From the NCBI RefSeq assembly GCF_009914755.1, contig NC_060926.1: a stretch of DNA of 64,000 bases; one strand, given 5' to 3'. The notes under the pieces were generated by a model, which saw nothing but the letters and a program-made list of their open reading frames with translations, made no database searches and was not told the origin of the DNA. Made by a program: the position numbers and the translations under genes. This stretch comes from the human T2T-CHM13v2.0 reference genome, Homo sapiens. The first letter of the stretch is position 1, and each line of letters begins with the position of its first letter. Positions 27,001 to 40,200 of the stretch are shown here, one piece after another.

Positions 27001-27442
27001 CCATCTCCTGCCTGTCTGCTCTTAAGCATTGTTTAACTTAAAGACCATGGATTCTAGCGCCTCATCCCGACAAGCTAGGATGGCAATCCACCCCGGCATG
27101 CCCCATGAGGACCTGTGGAGTCAGGCAGGCAGTACCGGGACGGCCCTCTTGGCCTTGTGACTGTAATACAACCACAGCCACATTATTCAAAGGAAGACAA
27201 ACGCTGTATTGAGCTGTCCTGGATATCCAGGAGCTCTTTGAGAGAGTGGAGAGCGGGAAGTGGAGCCATAGTTGAGACAGACTCAATGTTCTGGGCTGCC
27301 TGCCGTAGTCACGAGGCAGGAAGGGAGACTGCCTGAGCACAGCACTGTTGTGTGTTTTTGAAGAGATTATCCTCCTTTTCTTCCTCTTGTGGTAAATTGT
27401 GAAAGCCTGGAGTAAACACTCAAATGAGGTGCTGGTTATTGT

Positions 27443-27653
27443 TATCAGAATCTCACAGGAGTGAGAAGCCTATTGTGAACTGTGCATGCAAGGGATGTAG
27501 GTGATTGAGCGCTCCTTATGAGAATCTAACTAATGTCTGACGATCTGAGGTGGAACAGTTTCATCCTGAAACCATCCACCCTCCCCTGCAGGATCCTGGT
27601 GAAAAGTTGTCTTCCATGAAACTGGTCTTGGTGCCACAAATGTTGGGGACTGC
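27443..27653. mobile_element. MER1B-type hAT-Charlie fragment (one terminus missing)
   Basis: cctattgtgaactgtgcatgcaagggat...gctccttatgagaatctaa...gatctgaggtggaacagtttcatc...gttggggactgctg. Confidence 0.9.
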
Positions 27654-27658
27654 TGCTT

Positions 27659-28030
27659 TATACAATGTACTGAATTTTGTCCCCTTCAAATGAACATGTT
27701 GAAGCACTAGCCCCCCAATATAATGGTATGTGGAGATAAAACCTTTGGGAGGTAATCAGATTTAGATGAGGGTAGGGCCCCCCATTATGAGTTAGTGTCC
27801 TTATAATGGAGACACCAGAGCGCTTTCTCTTTCTCTCTCTCTCTTTCTCTCTGCTGTGTGAGAACATAGCAAAAAAGCACTCATCTGTAAGTCAGAAAGA
27901 GAGCCTTCACCTGACTTTGCTGCCAGCCTCATCTTGGGCTTCACCCTCCAGAACTGTGAGAAAATACATTTCTATTGTTTAACCAATCAGGTTATGGTAT
28001 TTTGTTATAGAAGCCTGAGTCAATTTAGAT
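27659..28030 (+). mobile_element. MLT1A-type MaLR solo LTR
   Basis: ctgaattttgtcccc...atgttgaagc...tttgggaggtaatcag...ctccagaactgtgagaaaatacatttct...tatggtattttgttatag. Confidence 0.85.
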
Positions 28031-28349
28031 AGCTTAATATTTTTTAAAGAAAATTAATGATAAACTGGAATATTTAATTTCTTAAATTGAGAGCTAGACT
28101 TAAATGCAATGGCTATTTACAAGTTTTGCCTAGATAATTAGCAGAAATAGCTAGAAACCGTAATCAAGCTTTGTTCCTGTGAATTTCCCATGTATTTCAT
28201 TTGACTTACAGCCTTGTCAAGATGTTTTGCCCAATTAACATTACTATCAATGATTCAGTCTTCCTTTTTTCTGCATGCCTTTTCAATATTCCCACCAATT
28301 CCATAATCAAAATCATATCCTACCACACTTCAGAAACCAATTTCAAAGT

Positions 28350-29640
28350 CCAACCCAGGTAGCAAAATCTGCACACCAAATAATTGCAAGATATTTCTAA
28401 CACTAATCAACAAAACATCAGGGGAATATATGGGGAAATGGATTCTGAGAGCACTAGGCAAGTTCAAAAGGAAATATAATACAGGAAATAAATTGTAAAA
28501 ATTGATACACCTGGAAGCTGACAGTTTTAATTTTTGGTATAATTGGTTGAATGAAACTGTATTCAAAGTGAACTATACTAAGTAAAATTTTGATGAAAAA
28601 AATTCCATCTTAAAACACAGAAAATAGAAGCCAAAAACTTAAGGAAATAAAAATGATTGAGATAAGATAGCATATACAATTTATTCATCCATCCTCTAAT
28701 TTTATCTTACGGAAGAGACCTCAACGCTCTCTTTCCTGAAGCATTAAAAATGCATCAGCGAGAAGAGTGTCAACATCTTTGAAAACTGCTCCAGTGACTA
28801 TTCTCTATATACCAGAAATAAGGTGGAAGATTCTGCCTTGGAAATGAGCTGGTGAGTCCAGTGAGAATGGTGACTGAAGCCAAATGACAGCACTTAAGAA
28901 CAAAGGGAAGATTGGGAATTGCTACTATAACATGTACGAAGAAAAGAAGTGATGTAGAAGAGAGTGACTTAAAGGGATCTTTGATAGTGGCTAAGTGTAG
29001 GGTTTCTAGAATCAAAGTGGAGGAGTAGCCTATTAAAGTCTTGTTTTTTTCTATATAAGCCAAATACTTATGTCTAGTGCTACTAATTCTGACTTGAGTC
29101 AAAATAATAGAGAATAATGGATGCTCCTCTTGTAGTTGCATTATCTGGGTACATTCAGAGTCCTAGAATCCTTGATAAGAAGAGGAGGCTGATTCTCTTC
29201 ACAAAAGATACAGCAAAAGGATCACAAATGCAAACTTAAACAGTTCCAGTGGCCTTTCTCAAAGGATCCAGAGAGTTTTTGTTTATTTGTTTGTTTGTCT
29301 TGAGGAAAGAAAACAGAAATGGTGTTTTGAGAAAAAGGTGGCTGCCAAGACATTTAGGGGTTTTAAGACTCTTGATGGGTCACCTCTCAGGATTTATGGA
29401 GTTTTAACTGAGAATGTCTCAGAGTAGGTCTGAAAACCCATTCTGTGGTTATTCCTTAATTTCTGAATATAGAGTTGGAATAAATATGTTAGCATCTGGC
29501 AGAATCCTCACTTTGACTCTTAAACTCATGGGATGAAAGTATTTAAATTCATAAGGATCAAATTTACACCCACTGAACTCTGGCAGTCTGACAAGATATT
29601 AAACAAAAGCAAAGTCACATCATTGGAGAAATTTTAAAAC
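28350..29640 (+). mobile_element. Decayed ERVL internal region (gag to protease/pol start)
   Basis: acatctttgaaaactgctccagtgactattctc and acccattctgtggttattcc...gttggaataaatatgttagcatctggcagaatcctcac resemble HERVL/ERVL-int. No intact ORF. Confidence 0.65.
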
Positions 29641-29719
29641 AAAATTGATGTCCAGATAATGGGAATTCCTAAGGGCTAACTGAGGGCTATCTTATTACTA
29701 GAAACTTTAGGAATCTCTG

Positions 29720-30005
29720 TATAACAATTTCACAGTGTTAGAAGGAGCCGTGAAGGAGATTATCTAACCCTATCCCTGATCTTTCATATGAAAAAATTGA
29801 TGGAAACTTTAGCTGATTTCAAATCCATGGTTACTGATTTGGGTTACTCTTCCCAAAGAGACATGCCTTTGGGAAGAAAAAAATATGACGTAGATTCTCT
29901 CTTGCTCTGTTTTACACATAAGTATATTAAACTCAGATCACAGATTTGGTAAGGCCAGGAGCTGAGATTCAAACCTTGGACTCTCTAACTTTCAAACCTT
30001 TGCTT
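29720..30005 (-). mobile_element. MIR-family fragments
   Basis: cagtgttagaaggagccgtgaaggagattatctaaccc and gagctgagattcaaaccttggactctctaac. Confidence 0.55.
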
Positions 30006-31579
30006 ATTCTTGGAAGTATTAAAAAAGAAAGTGAAAGTTTACACTTTTAATTGTCATAGTCTTGCAATTTTATGGGTGGAAGAATGAGAATGACATTGTA
30101 ATTTACTTCAGGTGTAAGGTTAGTATATCAATCCTCTCATGACTGGGTCAAGAGGAATCTTTTCACGTTAGATGAGTATAAATGTAAATGAGCAGGGTTT
30201 TTGTTGTTGTTGTTCCTGTCATTGTTTTGCCATTGTGTGCACAGGCATGTTTGGTGGCAGCATTGGTATGGCTTACAGGTCTCAAAGGTGGTAAATTGTA
30301 ACACTAATAATAATAGCAATGATATGGCCAACATTTATTGAACATTTCTTACATGCAAGAGGAGAGAATATTATATCATCCTTTTACCCTCTTCACCAGT
30401 TCTTGGTTTCATTACTTAGATCTTCTCAGAAGATAAGATCCATAAGTAAATTTGTGACTCTAATGGTATTTTAACATTACTCAGAATAAAGTGATTGTTT
30501 CATTAATCCAGAGTAACTATAAAGGGAGGCCTTTCAGAAGAACAGAGTAGATGAGTCACATTTGCACCACTTTTTACCTAATAAAGTTCCATTTGTCTTG
30601 GATGAGTGTCTCTATTAAATAACAGCAGAAAATAAAATGACAGCAATATATCTCTTTTCCTTTGCTTGTGCTAGAGAGAGAGGAGCAGTACCAGGCAAAG
30701 CCTGAAAGCATCTAGCTCTTATTTGATGTAAAAAGTTTTTCCCCTGCAATCAGTTGCTGTTTCAAGTTAGCTATGATCTTCTTTTTCCTCCTTCTTTGTA
30801 TTGTTAAATGCTGAAAAGGCACCTCTGCCCCAGTTTTCAAGAATTAAAGAAAGCCTTTCTTACTTCTCTTCTCTAAAGTCAGTAAGAGTTCTGCAACAAG
30901 AAAAAAGAATATGAGCTATGGCAGAGAGAAAAATGCAGTCTCAGTGGTTTAGTAATGAAGTTGATAGTTTCAGGAGAAAAAGAAAATCCCATGTGGCAGA
31001 TCCATATATGGCAGGATATTCTCAGAATAAATGTGAATCATTTCTGGAGTTGTTCCACATGTTGTTTTAAAAGGAACTTTATTTTATTTTAATTTTATTA
31101 TAAAAATATAACTTTATTTTTGTTAGATATTTATGTAACTAGTAGATAATTAAAATAGAGTAGAAAAAAACCTGATCCTCAAAGAAACACCTGAAGATTG
31201 AATATTTTCTTTCTAATAAAACACTGAAGTTAAGGAAAATGCACAAACTCGTAAAGAACATAAAACCTGTTATTTAGAGAGTAGGGGTGGGAAACAAATG
31301 CGATATTGATTAGCTTGTTCTTTTAATGAGTTTATCCTTAAGAGAACTTCTGATTTTCCACTGACCTACGTCCAGATGTATTTTTAAAATTACAATAGTA
31401 TAAAATAAACATCTTAGCCTAGAACACAAAACAGGAAGTGCAGGATTTTCTTCTCTAGACTATAGCAAGCTTTGCAGTTAAAATAGTAATATGTGCTTAT
31501 AAAGATTTTCTTTAAATGAAGGTAATGATATTCTTGGTGAATTTTCAAATACAGAGATTAATTGTATTTGATTATGTGT

Positions 31580-32180
31580 TGTGAAGGTTAATTTTATATG
31601 TCAGTTTGGCTTGGCCAAAGGTGACTAGATATTTGGCCAAATATTATTCTGGGTGTGTCTGTGAGGGTGCTTCTGGATGCAATTAATGTTTGAATCAGTA
31701 GACTGAGTACAACAGATTACCTCCCCTCTGCTTCAGTATGGATGGGCTCATTCAGTCAGTTGAAGAGCTGAATAGAACAAAAAGTCTGAGTAAGATGGAC
31801 CTCTTCCTCCCTATCTTGAGTTGGGACATAAGTCTTTTCCTGTCTTCAGGCTTGAACTGAAATATCAGTTCTTCTTGGATCTTGAATCTGTTCGCTTTGA
31901 AAACATATCGGTACCATTATCTCTCTAAGTTTGCAGGCCTTCAAACTCAGATTGAAATAACACCATTGTCTCTCCTGGTTCTCCAGCTTGCCTACTGCAG
32001 AACTTGGGATGTTTCAGCCTACTTAATCATGTGAGCCAATCCTCATAATAAATCTTTCCTTCCTCTGCCCACTCTCATATACATTCATATACATACATAT
32101 ATACATACACACACACACACAGACACACACATATATGTATTATATCGGATCTGTTTTTCCAGAGAACCCTACTATATTCA
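31580..32180 (+). mobile_element. MLT2B-type ERVL solo LTR with internal (TACA)n/(CA)n
   Basis: tgtgaaggttaattttatatgtcagtttgg...gtgtctgtgagggtg...tcagtagactgagta...aatcatgtgagccaat...ctgtttttccagagaaccct. Confidence 0.9.
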
Positions 32181-32951
32181 CAAATTCACTTAAAAATGAA
32201 ATGTTTCTAAGTATAGATATTTATTTACACACTATTATATTTGCAATGTGTTATGCACACTGTAATGAATATTTAAATCAAATTACATATAATAGTATAT
32301 AGAGGACAGAGCAACAGAGAAAGAAACACATTAAAAGGTATAGGCTAAAAAGTCATCAAAAGTTATAAGGAAAAGTAGAGAATGAGTATGCATTTTGGAA
32401 GTTCAAAAATCTGAATTCCATTTCCAGTTTAACATTTACTAGAAATCAAATCTCGAGTATATTGTGGGAATTAAGGGTAGGGTGTGCAGGTCATTTCCTT
32501 CAATTCTGTAACAAAGTAGGAGCTTTGACAAATTCAAGGTGTTGTTGGGACTCAGCTTTGGGAAACTAGATAGCAGGAAAGCCTTGGGCAGTCAACATCA
32601 CTCACCATTTCCATAAGTAGTAGGACCCAGGTGGGAACCCGCAAAAAGAATGAAGCAAGCACAAGAGAAACAAGAGTACAAGGCCACAGCACACACTGAA
32701 GTCAGAATAAGTCTTTGATCCCTGCTGAAACAGAGGTAATCAGAAATAGATTTTCATCACTAAATTATGTGACCCAGGATGAGGGCCGGCTCTGAAGTCT
32801 GGAGTCAATGTTTGGCTATACTGAAGTTTATTGAAAAATTGCATAGGTAACCAAATTCCTCATGTGGCGAAGTCCAGGTCATGAATTGGCTTACAAACAT
32901 CATATTTTCTGTGAAGAAACCATATTTCCTTCAGGTTAGAATTGGCCATTT

Positions 32952-32954
<3 letters not shown>

Positions 32955-32995
<41 letters not shown>

Positions 32996-33001
32996 ACACA
33001 C
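32955..33001. repeat. (CA)n microsatellite
   Basis: About 19 uninterrupted CA units. Confidence 0.95.
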
Positions 33002-33054
33002 TCTCCTTCAGATATATATATAGATATGTGGACTTACACATATAGTCTTCTTTA

Positions 33055-33231
33055 GTAATATGCTGTTAATTATTTTTTGTACATCAGAATCATACAAATG
33101 GCTTGTTAGAGTGTAGATTGCTGAGCCCATCTCCAAATTTACTGATTCAGTTTGTTTGGAATGAGCCCATGAAATTCGCATTTATGACAGTTTCCCACAT
33201 GATCCCAGAGGCCACAAATGGGGAACTACTG
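33055..33231. mobile_element. MER5A hAT-Charlie element
   Basis: catcagaatca...cagattgctgagccc-like core...ctgattcagt...gaactactg. Confidence 0.75.
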
Positions 33232-34334
33232 CCTTAGCACAGTACATGGCAATTTGTAAGGCAGGGATGAAATTCTGAATGAATGCATAGAGGATTGATA
33301 ATTTCTGATAAAACTTGTTTGTTGGAGCTACTATGCTCAGAAACTGAGGCCAGCTGAGTTCTTTAGTAGAGAGACTTTGAACATTTATTTGACAGAGCTT
33401 GGCTAGAACAGAAAGAGAAAGAGAAACTAGGAATTTAAAAAGTCACTGATAAATGCTTTCTTGGTATTAATATTATTATTAATCATATAAACATCTTAAA
33501 CTTGTGCTGCGTTTTTTACCACTGAATCTGTAAATAATTTAATGAGGACCTGCTCTGAGAAGTCGTTTGCAATGTACACACTGTAGCTTATGGGCTAATT
33601 TCACACCAGCCACACAGCTTTTGTATTATTTATCTTGCATGTTAATCCCCCTTATCTTCTAACTTTGAGTCCTCTGCTTATGTGCCCATGCAGAAAAAAA
33701 ATTATATTTTTAAATCTTGCTGATAATGTAATGGTTGCCATGTTTAAGGAATTCAAGGTATTTTTAGGCCTTCTGACTTATGTATTCAGCTAAAGCTAAA
33801 TAGAACCATAAGAATTCACATTCTAGGGGTATCACAGTAGAAATAGTAGAAGAAAAATTAAAACAGAAATGGTTAAAATAACTTACTTCTGTAGAACAAG
33901 ATTAAGATCGTGAAAGTGGGGATAGAGAATGTGACTATTCATCAGAACACATTGTTTTGTAAACATGTACATGAACTGTTTTCATTATTAAAAAAACAAA
34001 AATAAATATGCCCAAACACATAGCACATATATAAATAATTATGCCAATATTCATTGACTTTAGGGGTACCATATTTACTCTCTTTGTGGAAAAAGGAGTA
34101 TTCTGTACAATATACCTGTCATTTATCACAATTATCTTATTTTCATTTCATTGTGCATATTTTACAGATTTTTATCTCCCAGACTTTTTTGGAGAATTTT
34201 TATCTTTATACAAAATCTAAAGAATAGGACCATGGCCAAGCATTTACTCTTAACCTAGAGTCACCATTTGTAAACTTTAGCTTTTAATACCACACTCGTG
34301 CATATATAATGCCCATGTGTGTATGTGTGTGTAT

Positions 34335-35590
34335 GGTTTTTTGTAAGTAAGTTGCAGATATTATATTTCATTTTGTATACTTCAGCATGTGCCTTCTTAG
34401 AATAAGAAAAACTTCTTATATAATCACAGTATCACACCTCTAACATTTCAGTTAAATTCTGCTATTACCACTTCTAAATCCACACTCAAATCTTCTCAAT
34501 TACCCTAAAAGTGGTTTTTATCATCTTTTAAAAAAATTTCTGACCCAGGTAATGTTACAAGTTGTATTTATTTATTGCCCCTTTTATCTCTTTACAGTTA
34601 GAACATTGCCCATGAGCCTTCTCAAAATATGGATTCTTTGAGGCATCTAAGCCCATTATTTTGTATAATTAATCAAATCATATTCTAGATGTGTAAAATT
34701 ATTTACTAATGATCAGTTTTACATTAAACATTTTCTGGCAAAAATAAAATGTAGATGGTATAGTGTTCTTTCATTGTGTTGTGTCAGGGGGCACATAGAT
34801 TGTTCCAAAATTGTTGATGAAAAATTTGATCATTTGTTTAAGTTGGTAAACTACAGATATTTCTGTTTTAAAGGTATATTGTTGCTTTATAAATACAATT
34901 TTTAAGCAACCTGTGGGACAGTATTTTGAGACAATGTGATTGTCCTATTCTCCAGTGACTTCTTACCAAATAATTTTGAATACATCATAGTTCTTGCCTA
35001 AATATTAGTTTAGTGGTCACAAGATGATGATTTTTCAAATTACAGTTTATTTTACTTTTAGATATTACCTCATTAGTTTTTGAACACCTCCTTGCTTTCT
35101 AGCTAAGCAAGATGCTCTGAGTCGATGTATTTTCCTGCACAAGACTAGAAGTAAACTACTTTTATAATAGTTAAGTAACTCTTAGAAAAATAATTGTGTT
35201 TAGAAACAAATATCTGGATTAGATAATTGTATTTCAAACGCATCATTAGATAGAATTAGAAAAATAGATCTATATATTTACATTTATACATATAAATATC
35301 TGAGTTCACATTGACATTTCCAATTCAGATTTAACATTGCAAAATTTTTCCTTTGTTTTTAAAATTATTTGTATTAATTTTATCTTATAACAGAAATCTT
35401 GGTTCTTACTAACATTAATATATTTACTTATTTAATATTATGCTCATAGAATAAATTCAAAATAATAACTCCAATACTACTTCTAAAAATAAACCTACTA
35501 TTGAAGTTCAGTATTTATTTGCAGTTATGTTTGTTCTTACAGTACAGCCCACTAGAGATATAAAATCATTTTTCTGCTTTCAGAATTTAG
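34335..35590 (-). mobile_element. L1MC4/5-like 3' region
   Basis: aagtaagttgcagatatt...tacttcagcatgtg...tttgatcatttgtttaagttggt...acattgacatttccaattca. Confidence 0.65.
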
Positions 35591-35639
35591 TTGACCAGTT
35601 ATTATTATTATTATTTATTATTATTATTTTTTACCTCAG

Positions 35640-36645
35640 ACATGCAAAGAACGAGCAAGAGCATTATTCTTACCATTACAACAAGAAAGAAATTTGGACA
35701 AAAGAAAATCAGTTCACTTTCTGGGATCCATCAGAAACAAGTTGGAGGCAAACAGCTAACCTACAATCTGTGGAAAGATAGGCACTTGCTGGGAATTACA
35801 AGACCTGAGGGCTTGCTTGCTGGAGCAGATGCTGCCAGACAACATATAAGCTAGTGAGAAGATCAAACCAGCAATTCAATGAATTGCTAAAGGCCAATTG
35901 TGGGCTCGCATGGTGACCTTAGACATAGAGGAATTTGACCTTTTTGACCTACTTGTAGGCAACCTCTGCCTCCCAGGTTCAATCTATTCTGCTGCCTCAG
36001 TCTCCCGAGTAGCTGGGACTACAAGTACACAACACCATGCCTAGCTAATTTTTCTATTTTTAGTACAGATGGGGTTTCACCATGTTGGACAGGATGGTCT
36101 TGAACAGAGCTTTATATATGATGCATATTAAAGTTATGATTAATGATATAGATGTATCCATAATAGCAGTTGGAGATTTCCATACTCTTTTATCAGTAAT
36201 TGGTAGAAGAAGTAGAGAGAAAATCAGTAAGTTTATAGTGATCTAGACATAATCATTAGCATATTTGACCACACTGACATTCATAGAACACTCCACAAAC
36301 AACAAAAGAATACACAATCTTCTAAAGTGTACAAGGAACATTGATCCAAATAGTTCATATTGGTAGCAATAGAACAAATCCTGGCAAATTTAATAGAAAT
36401 TAAATCATATGAATTAATTTTTAGTCAACAAGAAAAATTAATAGGAATCAACGATAGAAATATATCTAGAAAATTCTTAAATAGTTAGAAATTAAATTAT
36501 TCACTCCAAAGTAACTCATAGGTCAAAGGGGACACGTCAAGAAAAATTAAAAATTGGTTTGATGCAAATAAAAGTAAAATACAATATTTTAAACCTCTGG
36601 AGCTTAAGATAAACTAGTGCTTAGAGGAAAAAGTAATTATGTAAA
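35640..36645 (+). mobile_element. Old L1M: 5' region (35640-35930) and ORF2 endonuclease region (36150-36645)
   Basis: aatagcagttggagatttccatactc...gacattcatagaacactccac...agtgcttagaggaaa is L1 endonuclease coding text. It appears to continue at 40705. Confidence 0.7.
35959..36104 (-). mobile_element. Internal AluS fragment truncated at both ends
   Basis: gcaacctctgcctcccaggttcaa...ctaatttttctatttttagta...caggatggtcttgaac. No tail and no 5' end. Confidence 0.9.
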
Positions 36646-36649
36646 TTAT

Positions 36650-37290
36650 TACATTAAGACCCCAAAAGCAAATGCAACAAAATAAAAAATAAATAAGTGA
36701 AACCTAATTGAACTAGAAAGCTCTGCAGAGCAAAACAAATAATCCGCAGAGTAAACAGACAACTTACGGAATGGGAGAAAATATTTGCAAACTATGCATT
36801 GGACAAAGAACTTATATCTAGAATCTTCAAGAAACTCAAACAAATCAGCAAGGAAAAATAAATAATCCGATTAAAAAGTGGACAAATTACATGAATAGAT
36901 ATTTTTCAAAAGAATATATACAAATGGCAAACAAACACGTGAAAATATGCTCAACATCACTAATCATCAGGAAATTGCTAATTAAAACTACAGTGAGATA
37001 CCATCTTACTTCAGCCAGAATGGCCACTATTAAAAAGTAAAAAAACAATAGATGTTCTTGGAGATGTGGTGAAAAGGGAGTGCTTATCCCCTGCTAGTGG
37101 AAATGTAAATTAGTACAGCCTCTATAAAAAACAGAATGAAGATTTCTCAAAGAACTGAAAGATCTACGTTCAATCTAGCAATCCTACCACTGGGTCTCAA
37201 TGCAAAAAAAAAAATCATTATATCAAAAACACACTGGCATGCATTTATTTATTGCAGCAAAAATCCCAATTGCAAAAATATGGAATCAAC
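36650..37290 (+). mobile_element. L1PB/L1MA late-ORF2 fragment
   Basis: ccaaaagcaaatgcaacaaaa...gggagaaaatatttgcaaactatgca...tatggaatcaac, ending abruptly. Confidence 0.85.
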
Positions 37291-40200
37291 TTTTTCTTGA
37301 TTTTTATTTTTTGTGTATTCACTGTATGTTTCTTGGCTTGAGGTTATCATGAGGCTTGCAAATACTACCTTATAACCTATTATTTTAACCTGATAATGCT
37401 GTTTGCATAAACAAACTTTAAGCAAGCAAAAAGGAAACTAGTAAAAATTATTTGCCTTAACTTTATCCCCCCAACTTTTTAACATTTTGTTGTTTCTAAT
37501 TATATCTTATTATACGATGTCTTGAAAAGTTGTCGTATTTATTATTTTTGATTGGTTCATCATTTAATCTTTCCACTTAAGATTAGAGTAGTTTACAGAC
37601 CACAGCTATAGTGTTGTAATAGTCTGTGTTTTTCTGTATACTTACTATTACCAGTGTACTTTCAGGTGATTACTTACTGCTCATTAATGTCTTTTTCTTT
37701 CTAACTGAAATACTACCTTTAGCATTTCTTGTAGGACAGGTCGGGTGTTAATGAAATCCCTCAGCTTTTGTTTGTCCTGGAAAGTCTATATTTCCCTTTC
37801 ATGTTTTGAGGATATTTTCACCAGATATATTATTCTAGGGTAAACATTTCTTCCTTCAACACTTTAAAGGAGAACATTATCCTACTCTCTCCTATCCTGT
37901 AAGGTTTCCACTGAGAAGTCTGCTGCCAGACGTATTGGAGCTCCATTGTATGTTATTTGTGTCTGTTCTCTTGCTGCTTTTAGGGTCTTTTCTTTATCTT
38001 TGATCTTTGGGAGTTTGATTATTAAATGCCTTAAGGTAGTCTTTTTTGAGTTAAATCTGCTTGGTGTCTATAACCTTCTTGTTTCTGGATATTAATATCT
38101 TTCTCTAGGTTTAGCAATTCTCTGTTATCACTTTACCCAAACTTTCTACTCCTATCTTTTTCTCTACTTCCTCTTTGAGACCAATAACCCTTAGATTTGC
38201 CCTTTTGAGGCTGTTTTCTAGATTCTGTAGGTGTCCCTCATTATTTTTTATTCTTTTTTTCTTTTGTCTCCTCTGACTGTATATTTTCAAATAGCTGCTC
38301 CTCGAGCTCCCCAATTCTTTTTTCTGATTTATCAATTCTGCCATTAAAATATTCTAATCCATTTGTCAGTATGGCAGTTGCATATATTAGCTCCAAAATT
38401 TCTGCTTGATTTTTAAAATTTATTTCAATCTGTTTATTAAATTTATCTGATATAATTCTGAATTAGTTCTCTGTGTTATATTGAATTTATTTGAGCTTCC
38501 TCAATATAGCTATTTTGAATTCTTTGTTTGAAAGGTCATGTATCTCTGTTTCTTCAAGATTGGTCTCCCATTTCTTATTTAGTTAATTTAGTGAGGTGAT
38601 GTTTTCCTGGATGGTGTTGATGCTAGTAGATATTTTTCAGTGTCTGGGCATTGAAGAACTGGGTATTTATTGTAGTCTTCACTATCTGGGCTTGTTTATA
38701 CCTTTCCTTCTTCAGAAGGCTTTCTAGATATTTGAAATGATTTGGGTGTTGTGATCTAAGCTGTATCTGCTTTAGAGGACACCTTAATCCCAGTAATGCT
38801 GTGGTCCTTGCAGTTTTGTAGAGGTACTGCCTTGATGATCGTGGACAAAATCCAGGAGAATTCTCTGGATTACCAGGTAAAGACTCTTGTTCCATTCCCC
38901 TACTTTCTCACAAACAAATGGACTCTCTCACTCTCTCTCTCTCTCTCCCTCTCTCTTCTGAGCCACCTAAAGCTTGAGGTGGACTGACAGAAGCACCCTT
39001 GTGGTAACCACCACTATGACTGTGGTGGGTCAAACCTAAATCTAGCATAACACTGGGTCTCGGCCAAGGCCTGCTGTAACCATTCCCTGGCCACTACCTA
39101 TGTTTGCTCAAGGCCTTATGGCTCTACAATCAGCAGGTGGCAAAGCCATCCAGGCCTGTCTTCTCTTCAGGGTGGCAAGTACCCCCAGGGCCCAGGTGGT
39201 TCTGGAGGTGCCATCCAGGTGTCAGGGACTGGATTTAAAATCTTAGAAGTCTACCTGGTGTTCTATTGTACTGTTGCTGAGTTGGCACTCAAACCACAAG
39301 ACACAGTCCCTTCCACTTTTCCCTCCCCCATAGCCACTGCCACCCCAGGTTATGAGGAATTCTACCAGACTACTGTCAATGTTCCCTTAAGTCCCAAGGG
39401 CTCTTCAGTCAGCTTGTTATAAATGCTGCCTGGCCTGGGACTCACTCTTCAGGGCAGTGGGCTCTCCTGTGGCCCATGGAAGATCTAGAGATACTGTCCA
39501 AGAGTCAATTCCTGAAATAAAAGACCCCAAGATCCCACTTGATGCTCTACCCTCCTGTAGCTACGCTGGTACCAAAGGTGAAAGACAAAGTCTCCTTTAC
39601 TTTTTCCTCTGCTTTTATCAAGCAGAAGAAGCTTTTCGTCATAGCTGCAACAGCTGGGAAAGTACTGATACTCAACTGAAGTGAGCAAGTCTCAGAGGTT
39701 CAGCCAAGGCCCTTGACATAGTACCTGTTTATTGCTGCTGATTGTTCAGGTCCCAAGGGCTCTTCAATTAGAAGGGGATAAATGCTGCCTGCCAGGGCTA
39801 TGTCCTACTCTTCAAGGTGGCAGGTTCCCTTCTGGCCCAGGGTGTGTCTAGAAATGTCATCTGGGGACTAGGGCCTGAAAAGGGATATCTCATGACTCTG
39901 ACTAGTGCCCTATACTACTGTGGCTCAGGTGGTATTCAAGATGTAAGACAAGTCCTCCTCACTCTTTTCTCTCTTTTTCTCAAGCAGAAAGAAGGGGTCT
40001 CTTTTTGGAGCCATGAGCTGTGTAGTTTTGGGTTAAGGTAGGGGTGAAATGAATACTCTCTTAGCTGCTCTAGCTGGTGTCTCAGTAGGTCACATGTTCC
40101 CCTCCCCACACCCAGTTCACTGTCTCTGGGCCCATTTCAGCCCTAAGACTCACATCAGCACATCGGAGCTGCAGTCCTTGTGGCCTAGATTGCCTTTCAA

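Noticed and set aside
28770-29141. 123-aa minus-strand ORF
   Set aside because: Antisense to the decayed ERVL internal remnant, with no recognisable protein features.
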